The notes beneath the pieces are model-generated. The model was not told the DNA's origin and ran no database searches. It was given only the letters and a program-made list of their open reading frames with translations. The position numbers and the translations under genes were made by a program. This document shows, one piece after another, positions 21,860 through 33,905 of a stretch of 64,000 nt of DNA. The stretch lies in the NCBI GenBank assembly GCA_900088475.1, contig FLMG01003379.1, positions 1 to 64,000 on the forward strand, given 5' to 3'. The DNA comes from Hyphochytrium catenoides (lineage: Eukaryota; Protista; Hyphochytriomycota). The number at the start of each line of letters is the position of its first letter. The first letter of the stretch is position 1.

Positions 21860-22855
21860 ATTCTGCAGAACTTCTCTTGAGCGCCGCAGCTTCGAATAGA
21901 CTAGCTTCGCTGCAAAACAGCCGAGCCTTAGCCCAAGCCGCTGATAACCCGCAGAGTGACAGCCGAGAGGAGGAGAGAGAAAGCGTGGACAAACTTAGCT
22001 TTCCTGGATACCCTTGCAGCGACGTTGTACCATCCCTATCCCTATCAGGCCACCTCAGCCCATCGAACTCAACGATTAGACTCCTTCTAAGCTGTACCGT
22101 ATGATAGTACAGCACAAAGTCTCAGTTTATCGTCTTCTCTTCAGATGCTCACGGGATGAAGAATCTTCCTAAAGCTTCAGAATGCACTCATCGCGGACAT
22201 TTGGGAGAGCTCCAAAAACTGAACTTCGGACGTGTGTATGTCCCACTTCTGAACGTGAAATATTTCTCTTCCTTCATAGTTGCACTGGTGTCCATATAGG
22301 GCTATTATGAGGGACTGAATTGAAACTATTCACAGAGCAATTATAGTAGAAAGGAAATAATGGCTGCTAACGGTATTTTTGTTATTTTTCGTAATTTCGA
22401 CAGGAGGCGAAACCGTCGGGTTGGGTTTGAAGATGCGGCGGTGAGAGCGGCGGATCCCCGCAATAAATCTTAGGCTTCGCGGCACTTCCTACTACTGTAG
22501 TTCTGATGCCTGTCTAAAGTTCTCGTTACAAATCAGTTGTTGCCGCTCTCATGCTTCTAAGTTGGGCTCCGCGCTCCATGGACCTCTGCATAAGGGATGA
22601 ATTACTGCCAGAGACAGAGTGAGGTGAGCCACTGTGGATCCGCAAAGCTGTTTACGTGGCCTATGGCAAACGGAGAACTTTCGGAGACAATGACAGAGCG
22701 ACAGTGCCTTTCTGTTACCCTACAGAGTCCCATTAGCATCTCAGCCAACATTCTCTTTCCCCTGGAAAGTGAGAAGGATAAACGAAGAGCAAAGGAAGAA
22801 ATTTATATGGTTAAGTAAACAACTGTCTCTCACAGACTCACTAAGTAGTGGTTGT

Positions 22856-25800
22856 CTACTGTGCCGACGCATATTGAGCATAATATGTGGTGGCAGGGAC
22901 CTGTGACGCCGCTGTGGCTGGATAGCCTGTCGATGGGGTCGTCACATTGCCTGTCGCTGCGTAGGCTGCTCCGCTGTAGGCTGTGGGCGCCACAGCCGCT
23001 GTGCCACTTGCTGTGGCAGTTTGGCTGTATCCTGCCGCTGAATATCCAGGATAACTTTGGGCGTAAGCCGCAGGATCGTAGCCCTATCGGCCCGCATGGA
23101 ATAGAGTGTAAGAAAGGTTATCATGGACCACTAAAAGGGAGGAAAGCTTGCTAACCTGATATGCAGCCATTTGAGTTGCATCATAGCTTTGGTAAGAGGC
23201 ATAATCAGCTCCAGTACCAGCCGCAGCTCCATAATATCCATCGCCATATCTCGCTTGCTTGTTCTAAACAAAAATCGTTCATATAACATTGATGAGCATA
23301 CAGTATCCTCAAACCTTTATAGCGGCGAGCTACCTCCTGCGCTTACCGGATTGCTATCCTCCATAGCGATTGATCCCCGCTTCCTAGAGCCTGTCTTGAT
23401 ATTGGGAGCAGCTTTCTGATATCCAGACTTCAGTTCTCTTAGTCCTTTCATGTCTGGCCCAAAATCCTCCAGAAAGTCAAGATGTGACTGCATAAGCTCC
23501 GCTCTATCGCCAGCAGCCAGCTGATTCCCTTCCGCCACAGCTTCTTTATACAGCGCATCCACTGAGGAAAAAAAATCTCTCTGCGGGTGTGACGTCTCGA
23601 AGGCAATCCTGGCCATCCATAGATATTTGTTGTTCCTGATTGACTTTAAGGCATTGCCTAATGCCTCCCTTGCCGCTTTGACATTACCTAAGACCTAGCG
23701 ACAACAAAGAGGCGTTAGAAACGACAAACATATAAGGGCGTAGAAATATCTAGTTTCTCCCTAGCATCTTAGACACATTTCTCCTCTTTTGCAAGCCGAA
23801 TAATAGTTTCGGCTAAAGGCAAGTTGACGTTGCTAAGACTTACCTTCTCTTGGTATCGGGACAGTTGGATGTATAGATAAGCCTGCGCCTCAGCGCCAGA
23901 TGCCTCCGCTAAGGCGTCACTTAAAATACTGACGGCGGCCTCTCTGCTACCCTGTCTTCTTTCAAAGTTGGCATACTTCACAGCAGCCTCCACTAACCCT
24001 TTCCCTATGTTACTAGGTTGACAGAAATGCGGATTAACTTTGGCGTACATGCCACTGACAACACCATTACAAAGTCACGGGCAGATCGCCGAGCAGAAGA
24101 AGAGGACCAAGGGCGCGAGCGCGCAGTCTCAATCGCACGGACATGCCAAAATGGTATACAACGAATAGGTGAGATATTTACATAGCAACTGGCATCAAAG
24201 TAGAAGGGTTTACAGCGTAGTGGAAAGGCCACCGCAATGTAAGGTTGGAAAGACGACTACGTACTCTAAAATATGCCTGTATATCGCTCTGGCTTGCTCA
24301 ACTTGGCCCCTAGCTTCCATAAAGTCCGCGAATGCCAGGTGCACATCTGATCGGTACTTCACAAACGTGGAGGTTGCCCTCCCGTACACAGCGTGTGCAC
24401 TTTCCACTCCATCCCTAGCCTCCTGCATCAACAAGAAACTTCAGTACTTTTGGGCCTGTCCGTCTAAGCTCGTCCATATCTTCCCTTGCGAGCACTTCTC
24501 TTCTTCACTGCCATATCTACTGAAGTTCAACCTTTGTTTCAAGTTCATTTTCCTTCTCACGGACCTTATAGTCTGCATAGCGAATCCAGAATTCGGAATA
24601 GTTTGCACAAGCGATTAGGCACCGTTCGTAGAGATGCTCAATGCGTCGGGAGTCGTTCTCTCCCTCTTCAAAGTCTAAATAGGTTCGCCAGTTTCGCAGT
24701 TGATCCTCCTCAAGAGGCTTCACGTGGTAGTAAGGCCGACGAATGCCTTGTTCGAAACTGCTTCGTCGAGCATACTCCGCTATATTGGCCTGTTCGGCGG
24801 TGAGGATTACAGAGTATGATGTCAGGCAAAGCGAAAGGGACCGAAGATGTAGTCGGACAACATATGAAACAAGGGCGAGTAACCCATTAGATGGACGTTT
24901 GATGACGATGCGAACAACGAAAGAAATGCGTACACCAAGGCTAGAAGAGAACTTTGACTATCCTCAATGGCTTACGTCCTTGACCGCTTCGTACTTCCGT
25001 ATCATGGCGATCTTCACGGCCTCCTGTGACGTCGTCTGGTTCTCTTCCGCCAATTGCTGGAGGATGAGGACAATGAGTTTGGAAGTCATACACTACAGAG
25101 TTCTATATTTTGAGATAATCGGCGCCTGGCCACTTTTATAGACGAAGTTACTGCTATTACTATGCACAATAAGAGGTGATACAAGTACAATGCCTAATTT
25201 TCAGGTGAGCAGAGTAAGAATAATTGGGAGCTAACCTTGTACTCTGTCTCCGGGACCAAGACGCTGACGGGATGATGGTCGCAAAGACTTAAAAATTGCT
25301 TCCAAATTGTGTCTAAGTTGCTGAGAGGCACGTAGAAGCATCGCTTGTATACAGCCACCACTCGACCAAAGTCATTCTAGGAGAACAACACCATAACCAG
25401 GTTAAAACATCCCGAGTAGGAACAAGGACAAAAGATGGAAATGAAGCGTGTCATAAGATGTATCCCTTGCAAGCACGAGACGAAGAGTAATGAGGCTCAA
25501 GCACGAGACGAAGAGTAATGAGGCTCAAGACGCCAACAACAACAAAAGGTAATTCTTGGATGGGGGATCATGCGGCACTATTGCGCGTACGATAGTGGAA
25601 GGTAACCCACCTGACCCCCTTCGAAGGCGATGTATCGCTCCCAGAGGTTGCCGCTTGTGGGATCCGCACCGACTACTTCGATTGCGCGCTCAAACACGCT
25701 GCAAGCGTCAGCGATGTCAGAGAAAGACCGATCGATAAAGCAAAAACAATAAGGGAGTGCTCGGTACATCGGTTAAGCAATTGATTGATAAGAGAGAGAC

Positions 25801-26741
25801 GGTCCCCATCTCTCCTCTTCTCTTCTGGACTCGCTCCAAGGCAGTGTCATGGCTATCAGCCAGCGGACGGACCATACCACGGGGCCTCGCCCAGTGGACC
25901 TCAAGCAGAGACAGAACCAAACCCTCAAACCTATTTCTACATGGGCTTTTCAGCACTCAGAGAACGTATGGAGGCCAACCCAAAAGCCAAAGAACGCAGC
26001 AGTTCTCGGCAAAGTGCGTGTACCTGCGGAGCTCATTTGGCTCTATGGTATTCCCTTGGGCGGTCAAAAATTTTATGTAGTTCAGCCACATATCCTACGT
26101 CAGAGGTTGGCACAACCATGTGGTCAATGACTAGAGGGTGAAGACAAACAGTGCATGGTACCAGAACCTACCACGCTGTACTTCACTGCTTGTACTCCTC
26201 TTTCAAAAACGCCTTTCACCACTGCATTGATGGCCGCTGACGTTAAACCTGTCATGAGTCCATACTTCTTCTCTAGTTCCGCGTACTGCAGTCACAATCC
26301 AAGGTCAGTAGCAGTCGATGAGTGGAGTCTCCCTACGTCAAATGCGTATGGTACCTTATTCCAATATCCATAGCACAGGGGAAACTCCTTTAGAAAGTGG
26401 TCGAATGTTCGTCTCACGAGGTCTATATCAATAGGAGTCTACCCCACACGTTGAGTCAGCTGCACAGAGCCAGCAGGAGAAAAGGTAACGCATACCTGCT
26501 TCTCGATAAGGGCAATGAGATCCTTCCACGAGTTAAAATCTAGCGGATTTTGCTGTACAGCATCCTGATACATCTGTAGAGGGCTAGGAGCTGCAACAGG
26601 AAGTCAGCCTAAATGACTGTTAAGAATCACGCTCAGCAATTCGTATGGTCAGGTACCTTGAATTGTGTCACTAGAAGCGCCCTCATGTACTCCATTGGAA
26701 GTTCCGGCGTCTGTGGCCATCGCTTGCGTGCTTCCCTCCAT
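22856..26741 (-). CDS. PRP39: Pre-mRNA processing factor 39 (U1 snRNP HAT-repeat protein), multi-exon
   Basis: NPLDFNSW, FLKEFPLCYGYWNK|YA, IRRPYYHVKPLEEDQLRNWRTYLDFEE, LYERCLIACANYSEFWIRY, DFLEDFG. Y/G/A-rich tail ends at TAG 22858-22856. Confidence 0.9.
25470..25529. repeat. Perfect 28-bp tandem duplication inside a PRP39 intron
   Basis: CAAGCACGAGACGAAGAGTAATGAGGCT x2. Confidence 0.95.
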
Positions 26742-27309
26742 GGTGGGCGACCACCTCAGTAGCCCTTTCGCGCCAACCGACGAGAATACCTCCGCAGTAA
26801 GACCAAACAAGCCTTGCCGGCTACTTAGAGTGTGGTCTCACGCCAGCTGACCTTGGACTAGGTTCTTGAAGGGCAGATTTGAAGATAGCAACCGATCTAC
26901 AAATGAGCTCTAAAAAAGAGTTACGGAGTAATAAAGAAGCTCAAACCGAACCAGAATTGCGCGGCTTCCATTTACGTGGTCTTTCGATGCGAAGGCCCAG
27001 ATGGGAATGAAGCAAGAGAAAATGGAAAGGATGCAGAAAGAATCTGCGGCCATCTCTGCCAGAGAATCAAAGTCGCCCTTGATTGACCTCTATGTCATGG
27101 CCACATTGGAATAGTCCTATGAGTGCTAAAGTATATCTCAGCATGCATTGCTCCTCAGGTTATGGTCTTTTAGCGAGCAAAGAAGATCAATCCACATAAT
27201 GCTACAAGATCTCTTGACGATAACCAATATCTGATATTCTTGATACAATAGCAACTGACATCATGAACGTACATTGTTCATATCCTGGATACGTAGCACT
27301 GTGCTTTAA

Positions 27310-27420
27310 TTCAAAAAGATTGAAAACCATAGGTTTTGAATGGCTGGTTGAGGATCTACATAAAGTACCAATCTAACCGTTAGATTGCGCGGGAAAATAT
27401 GAATTTGTGGCCGTTAGCTG
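27310..27420 (+). promoter_or_regulatory. Cell-cycle cis-element cluster (CHR-like, MYB/MSA-like, E2F) upstream of CDC20
   Basis: TTCAAA 27310, TTTGAA 27335, palindrome AATCTAAC-C-GTTAGATT 27370-27386 containing CCGTTA, GCGCGGGAAAA 27387-27397, second CCGTTAG 27411. Confidence 0.6.
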
Positions 27421-27850
27421 CAGATCAGGGTCCTGGCAACGACAGGGAGAGGGAGTAGGAGAGAAGCTTCACCAAAGTCCCACCATCATGGCCAGTGCGC
27501 TAATGTTCCTACAAGTAGTGGATTTGTTTGCTTGAGACCCAAGAGTCAAACACAGAGATCCAGCGTATGCGCTAGGTGTTATTACAGGGACAACTGACAA
27601 GCACAGCTTTCTTCAAGGGCTGGCTGGCTAGGAAGTGCTCCTTTCTCTTGCCTCTCTTCTCCTCTCCTTCCCTCTGGCGCGCCTATCATCTCTGACGTTC
27701 AGTCTTCGACTTTCCAAACCCCACAAACATCTATCCAGCTAAAAAAGCTCGCCCTCGTGGCCCTCAAGACTTACTGTCCGTACCGGGCAAACCCCATACC
27801 CCTAACGTTTTACTCTATCCGTTTTACTTCTCTCTTCACACACAGGCATA

Positions 27851-29383
27851 ATGTCATCGGAAGTGGTCGAGATGGAGACCCTCCTGGATCTCAACACACC
27901 CGTGCACAGTAATGTGCTGCCAAGATGGCAGCGGAAGGCGCTCATGGCCCACACTCCTAGTAAGGCGACCGGTACACCGAAGCGCAAGACACCCGGAAGA
28001 AACACGAAGACACCTTCGAAGGTAAACCTCCGACTTGAATGGCTTTCAGACGGCCCAGACTGACGAGGGCCCTATTTGTCACAGAGCGACCGGTTCATTC
28101 CCAACCGGGCGGCCATGGATATGGACATCTCGCACTATCACCTTACAAAGGGCAACGAGAACGCCTATCCCGACAATCAGAGCGAGAATTCAACCCAAGC
28201 AGAGTTCAAGAAGACACTTGCCGCAAGTTTGTTCAACGGCAACACAGCGGCTGAAGGAGGCAAAGAACATCGCGTCTTAGCATTCCGAAACAAGGCACCC
28301 GCACCTAAGGAAGGGTACTCCAATACTCTGAAGGTCCTCTATTCCCAGAACAAAACTGCTGGCGTTTCTACCAAAGTCACGAGACACATTCCATCAGCGC
28401 CAACTCGCATTCTTGACGCTCCTGAGCTTATTGATGACTACTACCTCAACCTTATTTCTTGGGGCGCAAGGAACATTCTAGCTGTGGCTCTGGGACAGTC
28501 AGTCTACCTTTGGAATGCCGAGACTGGCTCAATTGAAGAACTGATGCAGTGCTCAGAGCCAGATGATTACGTGACCTCCGTGTCCTGGATCAAGGAAGGA
28601 GGAAATCATTTGGCAATTGGCACGAATTATGCTGATGTCCAGATTTGGGACGCGTCTGCTGTCAAGCAGGTGCGCTCCATGTCGGGTCATGAGGCTAGAG
28701 TAAGCAGTCTGGCTTGGAACTCGCACATCCTGTCTTCTGGCTCAAGAGATTCCACCATCATCAACCATGACGTCAGAATAGCCCAGCATCACGTTGCTAC
28801 TCTTGCTGGACATCAGCAAGAGGTATGCGGTCTCACCTGGTCTCCAGATGGCACAACACTTGCTTCCGGGGGCAACGACAACCTTCTATGTCTCTGGGAT
28901 GCTGCCTTCAGCGGTGGGACCCATCAGCCAAGGTTTACTCTGAGCCACCACCAGGCCGCCGTCAAGGCTCTGGCATGGTGCCCATGGGAGAGAAATTTGC
29001 TTGCCTCTGGAGGAGGAACTGCTGACCGCACCATCAAGTTCTGGAACTCTACAAACGGGGCTTTGCTGAACTCCATCGATACAGGCTCTCAAGTCTGTTC
29101 TCTCCTATGGTCACCTACGGAGAAGGAGATCCTCTCATCTCATGGGTTCTCACAGAATCAGCTCTGCCTCTGGAAGTACCCTTCCATGGCCAAGATTAAG
29201 GAGTTGACAGGCCATACTGCGCGTGTGCTCCATATGGCAGCCTCACCCGACAACTCATGCGTTGTCTCTGCGGCAGCGGACGAGACTCTTCGTTTTTGGA
29301 ATGTGTTCGCGAGCTCCAAGAGCGCCAAGAAGGCGGAAGACATCTCAAGGAGTCAGCTCATGAGCACCATGAGAATCAGGTAA
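27851..29383 (+). CDS. CDC20: APC/C activator CDC20/Fizzy (exons 27851-28021, 28085-29383)
   Basis: C-box DRFIPNR, MIM-like HRVLAF, LDAPELIDDYYLNL, WD40 repeats, C-terminal IR tail. 63-nt GT-AG intron, plus a probable 5'UTR intron ending at 27845. Confidence 0.96.
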
Positions 29384-30740
29384 GGAGCAGGTAAGAGGTC
29401 GTTCACTAGAGAGACAAGCAAGAGTTGCCTTCGCTGCACTTACCTAGTTATTTATTCTTATTTATTTTGTTACTCGATGAACATCAAAGAGGCAGAGAGA
29501 GAGAACTTGACAGGGCAAAGCAGCAAAGCGTATTTATTTGCTTGAGTCCTTTTATATATCGGGAGTTTGCTATGAGGTTGTACTCTTCTCTCTCTGTTGG
29601 GCTTGCATGTCTGTGTGATCTTATGGAGTTTGGATGCTCGGCCACTGACCTGCTGACCCTAGTGCTTCCCTTCCTACATTAGCGTGGCTCCCGTGTTTGT
29701 CAACACGTCCACGGCACACATTGAGGAGAAAATTTGATCGTTTGGCTCATACGTCGCCGATGCTGTTCTTTGTTATGTTTAGGGTCTTTGGCTAGCTGAT
29801 TATAGAGAAGAGTGTAGCGTAGCGGTGAAGAGAGTTGAGATGATTTTGGGAGGTTGAGCTCGACATACCTGTTCCTCTGGCTAAGGCCAAGAGGCGCAAC
29901 AGAGAATTCAGTTTCTAGCGTGGAGAAACAAAAGGGAGACGGAGGAAGAGGTTGCTTCAAGGCAAGGAGCTATGGCAATCTGACGCACAGCGAGTGATCG
30001 GAGAACACGGCTGCAATGCAAGGCAGTAGCAGAAACACTTTTTTCTACTTTCGAGCTGAATTTGGTAGAGTAACAAGCACTTCACTAGTTTGACCTCGAG
30101 AAATGGCTCCTAAAGCATTTGGTCAGCCTCCATGATCAAGGCCACACTCCTATCCTCTTCTGGTGTCTCTCACTCGCGCTGTACCCGGCGGAAGATTACA
30201 GGCTCTCTCTCCTGTCTGCCCTCCACGACGTCCGCTCCCTGTTAGCTTTTCTCTGTAGGCTGAGTGAAGAGAGCGTAGCCTTAGCGCGATGTAGATAAGT
30301 CAGTTCAAGGAGTTCCTAAGCTCCTAGTAGTAAATCCAGCACCGTCTCACACCATTATCCTCCCCAGATGGAGATCAGTGCACATGAGAAGGATCCTGTT
30401 CTCTTTATTCCTCCTCGCTCTTGAGACCATTACTATGCATTAGAGTTCTCTTGTAGGCGCTCAGCGCCCGGTTCATAGTGTCATTTGCTACTGCCACTTG
30501 ATGAGCAGTTCTATGCCCGTCCACTGGCTCACTGGTAAGCGTTAGGCCCTTCTAAACACCTCGTACTGAGGCTGGCTAAGAGCCATCGTTCAGTTTGGTC
30601 AATCAGTAGCACTCCTCGTTCCTATGAATAGTTCAAATGACTGGGGACCGGACAACGACAACGTCAGTCACTGAAACCACAGTCTCCTTCTTTGCCCAAA
30701 GACCCGGCCTCTGTGCTACTACTCGTTCCTGCCTCATAAT

Positions 30741-30842
30741 GCTGCTGCTGCGACTGAACAGGATCTGAGCTGCTGCTGCGAGGACTGAACAGGATCTGAG
30801 CTGCTGCTGCTGCGACTGAACAGGATCTGAGCTGCTGCTGCT
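30741..30842. repeat. Three-copy ~28-31 bp minisatellite
   Basis: (GCT)n-GCG(AGG)ACTGAACAGGATCTGA x3. Confidence 0.9.
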
Positions 30843-31176
30843 AAACAGTCTGGTGCTGCTCCTCTCTCGCTCGCTGTGAAGCAGATAGGAAGGAATGCAG
30901 AATCTAGCGGGTAACGGCCGCTCCGTCAGATGAGCTTGCCTCCTCCTTCCCTCCTGTACCGAAGACCTTTGCTTATCTTATTAGACCTGATCCTGAGTGC
31001 TTGAGCCTGAAGCAAGTCGCGCCTGGGCTCAGTCGTGGCAAGAGCTCTGTCTGCCGACTACTAGCACGTGTACTCTTTCCACGGCACGCTTGGAAGTGCC
31101 CTTCTTCTGCTGGGCAACATCTCCATCACTCCGAAGTTCCTCTTATTACTGGCACCGCGGCGGAGGGACGAGAAAA

Positions 31177-32608
31177 ATGATGTTCCATGATGTTGAAGAG
31201 GTCAAAGCCGAGAGGGTGCCACTGCTGCCTCCGCAGCCCTCCACCCAGGGTGTAGATGAAGTGCTGACCGAGGACCGTGACTCCATAGGTCAGCCACCTC
31301 CTTCGACCTCGTGTTCGACCTACGTTCCCCTCCTCAGCTTCCCTTTCTTAATAGATGCTTCACGACGTTAAGTCATACCGTTATAATCTAGCACGTTGTG
31401 ACCACCCCAGTGCTGCTCTCCGCCGTGGCAAACGACTCTTGCTAACCTAGACGGCAGAACTCTATCCTCCTCTCAGCAGGATTCGTCCTATCAACTCGAC
31501 GCTAAAGAACTGCTTCCGTTCCAGCAGAATTGGCAGGCTTTTTCATATCCCAGGGTTTGGCTTTCTCTCGTTCCTCATCGGCGTACTTCTGACCCTTTGT
31601 CTCGGCGCGCTGAGAGAGAGGGGATACCTTGAAAGGGAAAGTTGGTGGCTTCTGTTCTCACCTGTGTGGCTGGGCACCTTCCTACTTCTCTTCTCCTACG
31701 CAGTGAGCGTCTATGGTACACTTCGCTTGGGACTGGAAATAGCAGAAGGTGCAAGCGCGGCTGCAGCGGGGGTCCATCAAGGGGTAGGAAATAGTAGACC
31801 ACTCATTATGCACGCATGTGTTCCCTGTCACTGCGTTGCTGCCTTCTCCCTGGCGGTGCCTCAATAAGGCTGCTCGCACTCCTTGCGCTGAATCTTCTCC
31901 TTGTCCGCCAGTTTCCATGGCCAAGTCCCTAATCTTCCTTGACTGAGCCAAATCTCATAACAGTGCTTCGCCTTCAGCTTCGTCTACATAGCTCTCTATA
32001 TCCATCTTTCTCTTATTTCTTGGTATATTGTTACATTTCCAGTGCGCCAAAGCGAACTGGCCGTGATTTGCTCATCCTCCCTTTCTTCGTCACTCTCTCT
32101 TCTGCTCGCTTCTGTCTAAGCAGGAGGGTTGGCACGAGCTGCAGGGACCACTTCTGCTTCCAGTCTTTAGAGAGCTCATTTCGGTCCTCCTGGGTATCCT
32201 CCCAAGGATCCTGTTGGTTATATGGCTAGTTGTTGCGCTCTGTGCTTGGCTATCTTCTCCTTCGCATGTGGACCCCGTGTATTGGTTCCTACCAGTGCTT
32301 GTCTTTCAGCTGTTAGCCATCGCGCGTGGAATAATGGTTAACGAAAGTGGATGGCTGGCGGTAAGCCTTTGCTGTCTTTCTCTAGGTCTTTCCTGCTTGT
32401 AAAACACTTGTCTCGTCTCTCCAGTTTTTCTTGATCTCTGTCAACAGCGTGGACTACGGTTGGTCTGCTGCCTATTTAAGTCCTCTGTCTGGCAGGTCTT
32501 GTGGCGTAAAGCAAAGTATTCCCTCTCTTTACGTCTCTCTGTTTTTAAATATGTGTCTCTTTCTCTCTCTCTCTCTCTTTTCTCTCTCTCTCTCTCTCTT
32601 TCTTTCCC

Positions 32609-32654
<46 letters not shown>

Positions 32655-33507
32655 TGGTATCACCCGGCACCACCGCTTCGAGTTTTCATGGTCACACCTT
32701 GCCGCCTTCAGGTTGGACTGGGCATAGCCTTCTTCGTTAGCACTTTAGAGGTCATGAACCGAGTCCGCCACTTGTTTCTGGAAGGTCTACCGCTAGTGAT
32801 GACATGGGAGCTGTGCTTGCTCACCGGCCTTCCTCTGCTGGCACTCTTCCTTTCCTTCCTCCTCTTGCTGCTGAGAGTACGCATCATGGCATATCGGGAG
32901 CTGCTGTCTCTGTCTCGGGTGCAGAGCTTATGTACAACATGCCATATTGTAGGCACAGTGGCAGCAATAGGAGCTCTGTTTTTGGTTGAGGCCGGCCTAT
33001 ACAAGGTGAAGGAAACGCCTTCTCTGCGTCTCAACTCTTGGCTGAATATGCATCCGCCCTTCTAAGTTCTTTGCTAAGACTTAGGCTTTCACTCGCTGAT
33101 AGCTGGTGCAAATAATTACGCAGCGCAGTCCGCAGACGTCCCACCTTTCTAATTTGCGAGTGCCGCCCCTTAACTCTGTGTCTCCTTTTCTGTCGCTCCT
33201 TGCTCTCCGTCCCGCTTCAAACCAAGTAATCATATATACTCTTCACTGAACTTTGCTCTGGAACGTCGTTTCGTAGGAAATGTCAAGTCCGCTTCAGTAT
33301 GGCATCTTGCTGGCCATTTTCAGTATGGCCGCAGAAACCGCAGCTCTACTGTTAGCTTGGCTGCACTACGCCTACCAAGTACAGGTACCGGACCCGAGTC
33401 TTTCATTTGCTTCTGGACTTTGCGCGCTCATTCTAGCTGCAACTGATAGTCAGACTATGACTGTGCACCCCTCCCTCTCTTTTCTTTTGTGCTAGGAGAC
33501 TCTTTAA
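31177..33507 (+). CDS. Uncharacterised multi-pass membrane protein, multi-exon
   Basis: MMFHDVEEVKAERVPLLP start, several hydrophobic exons bounded by GT/AG, inferred last exon ETL*. No family recognised. Confidence 0.55.
32555..32652. repeat. (CT)n microsatellite in an intron
   Basis: CT dinucleotide run. Confidence 0.95.
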
Positions 33508-33905
33508 CACTCTCTTAATCCGCCGCCACCGTTGCCTGTCTCTCAATCCTCTTTCTCGCTATCTCTCTACATTTCCACCCTCCCATTGATTCTCTGTTTT
33601 CTCAATGCTTATCCAGAGAAGGAGAGGGGACTGCCTTCCGCAAATACTTGTGAAGACCTCTCAGGGCTGGTTGCCGGTCTGTTCTCCCACAGAGAGCCTT
33701 CCTTTAGTTGGTGAGATCCTGCTCTCCCGAATGGCAATTATAAACAAGGCACGGAGAATAGCTGGGCTAGGTTAAATAAATAGGAAGGGTTCTATCAGGC
33801 GCCGCCATGACATCCTGGGAGAGCAGGGTGGAGGGCTTTAGAGAGGAAGCCTCACCTCACATTCTAGGCGCCGTGGCTCTCAACAGTGCTACCTTCTACG
33901 CTCAA

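Noticed and set aside
30741-30842. CRISPR-like repeat/spacer look
   Set aside because: The 'spacers' are identical, the context is eukaryotic and there are no cas genes. It is a minisatellite.
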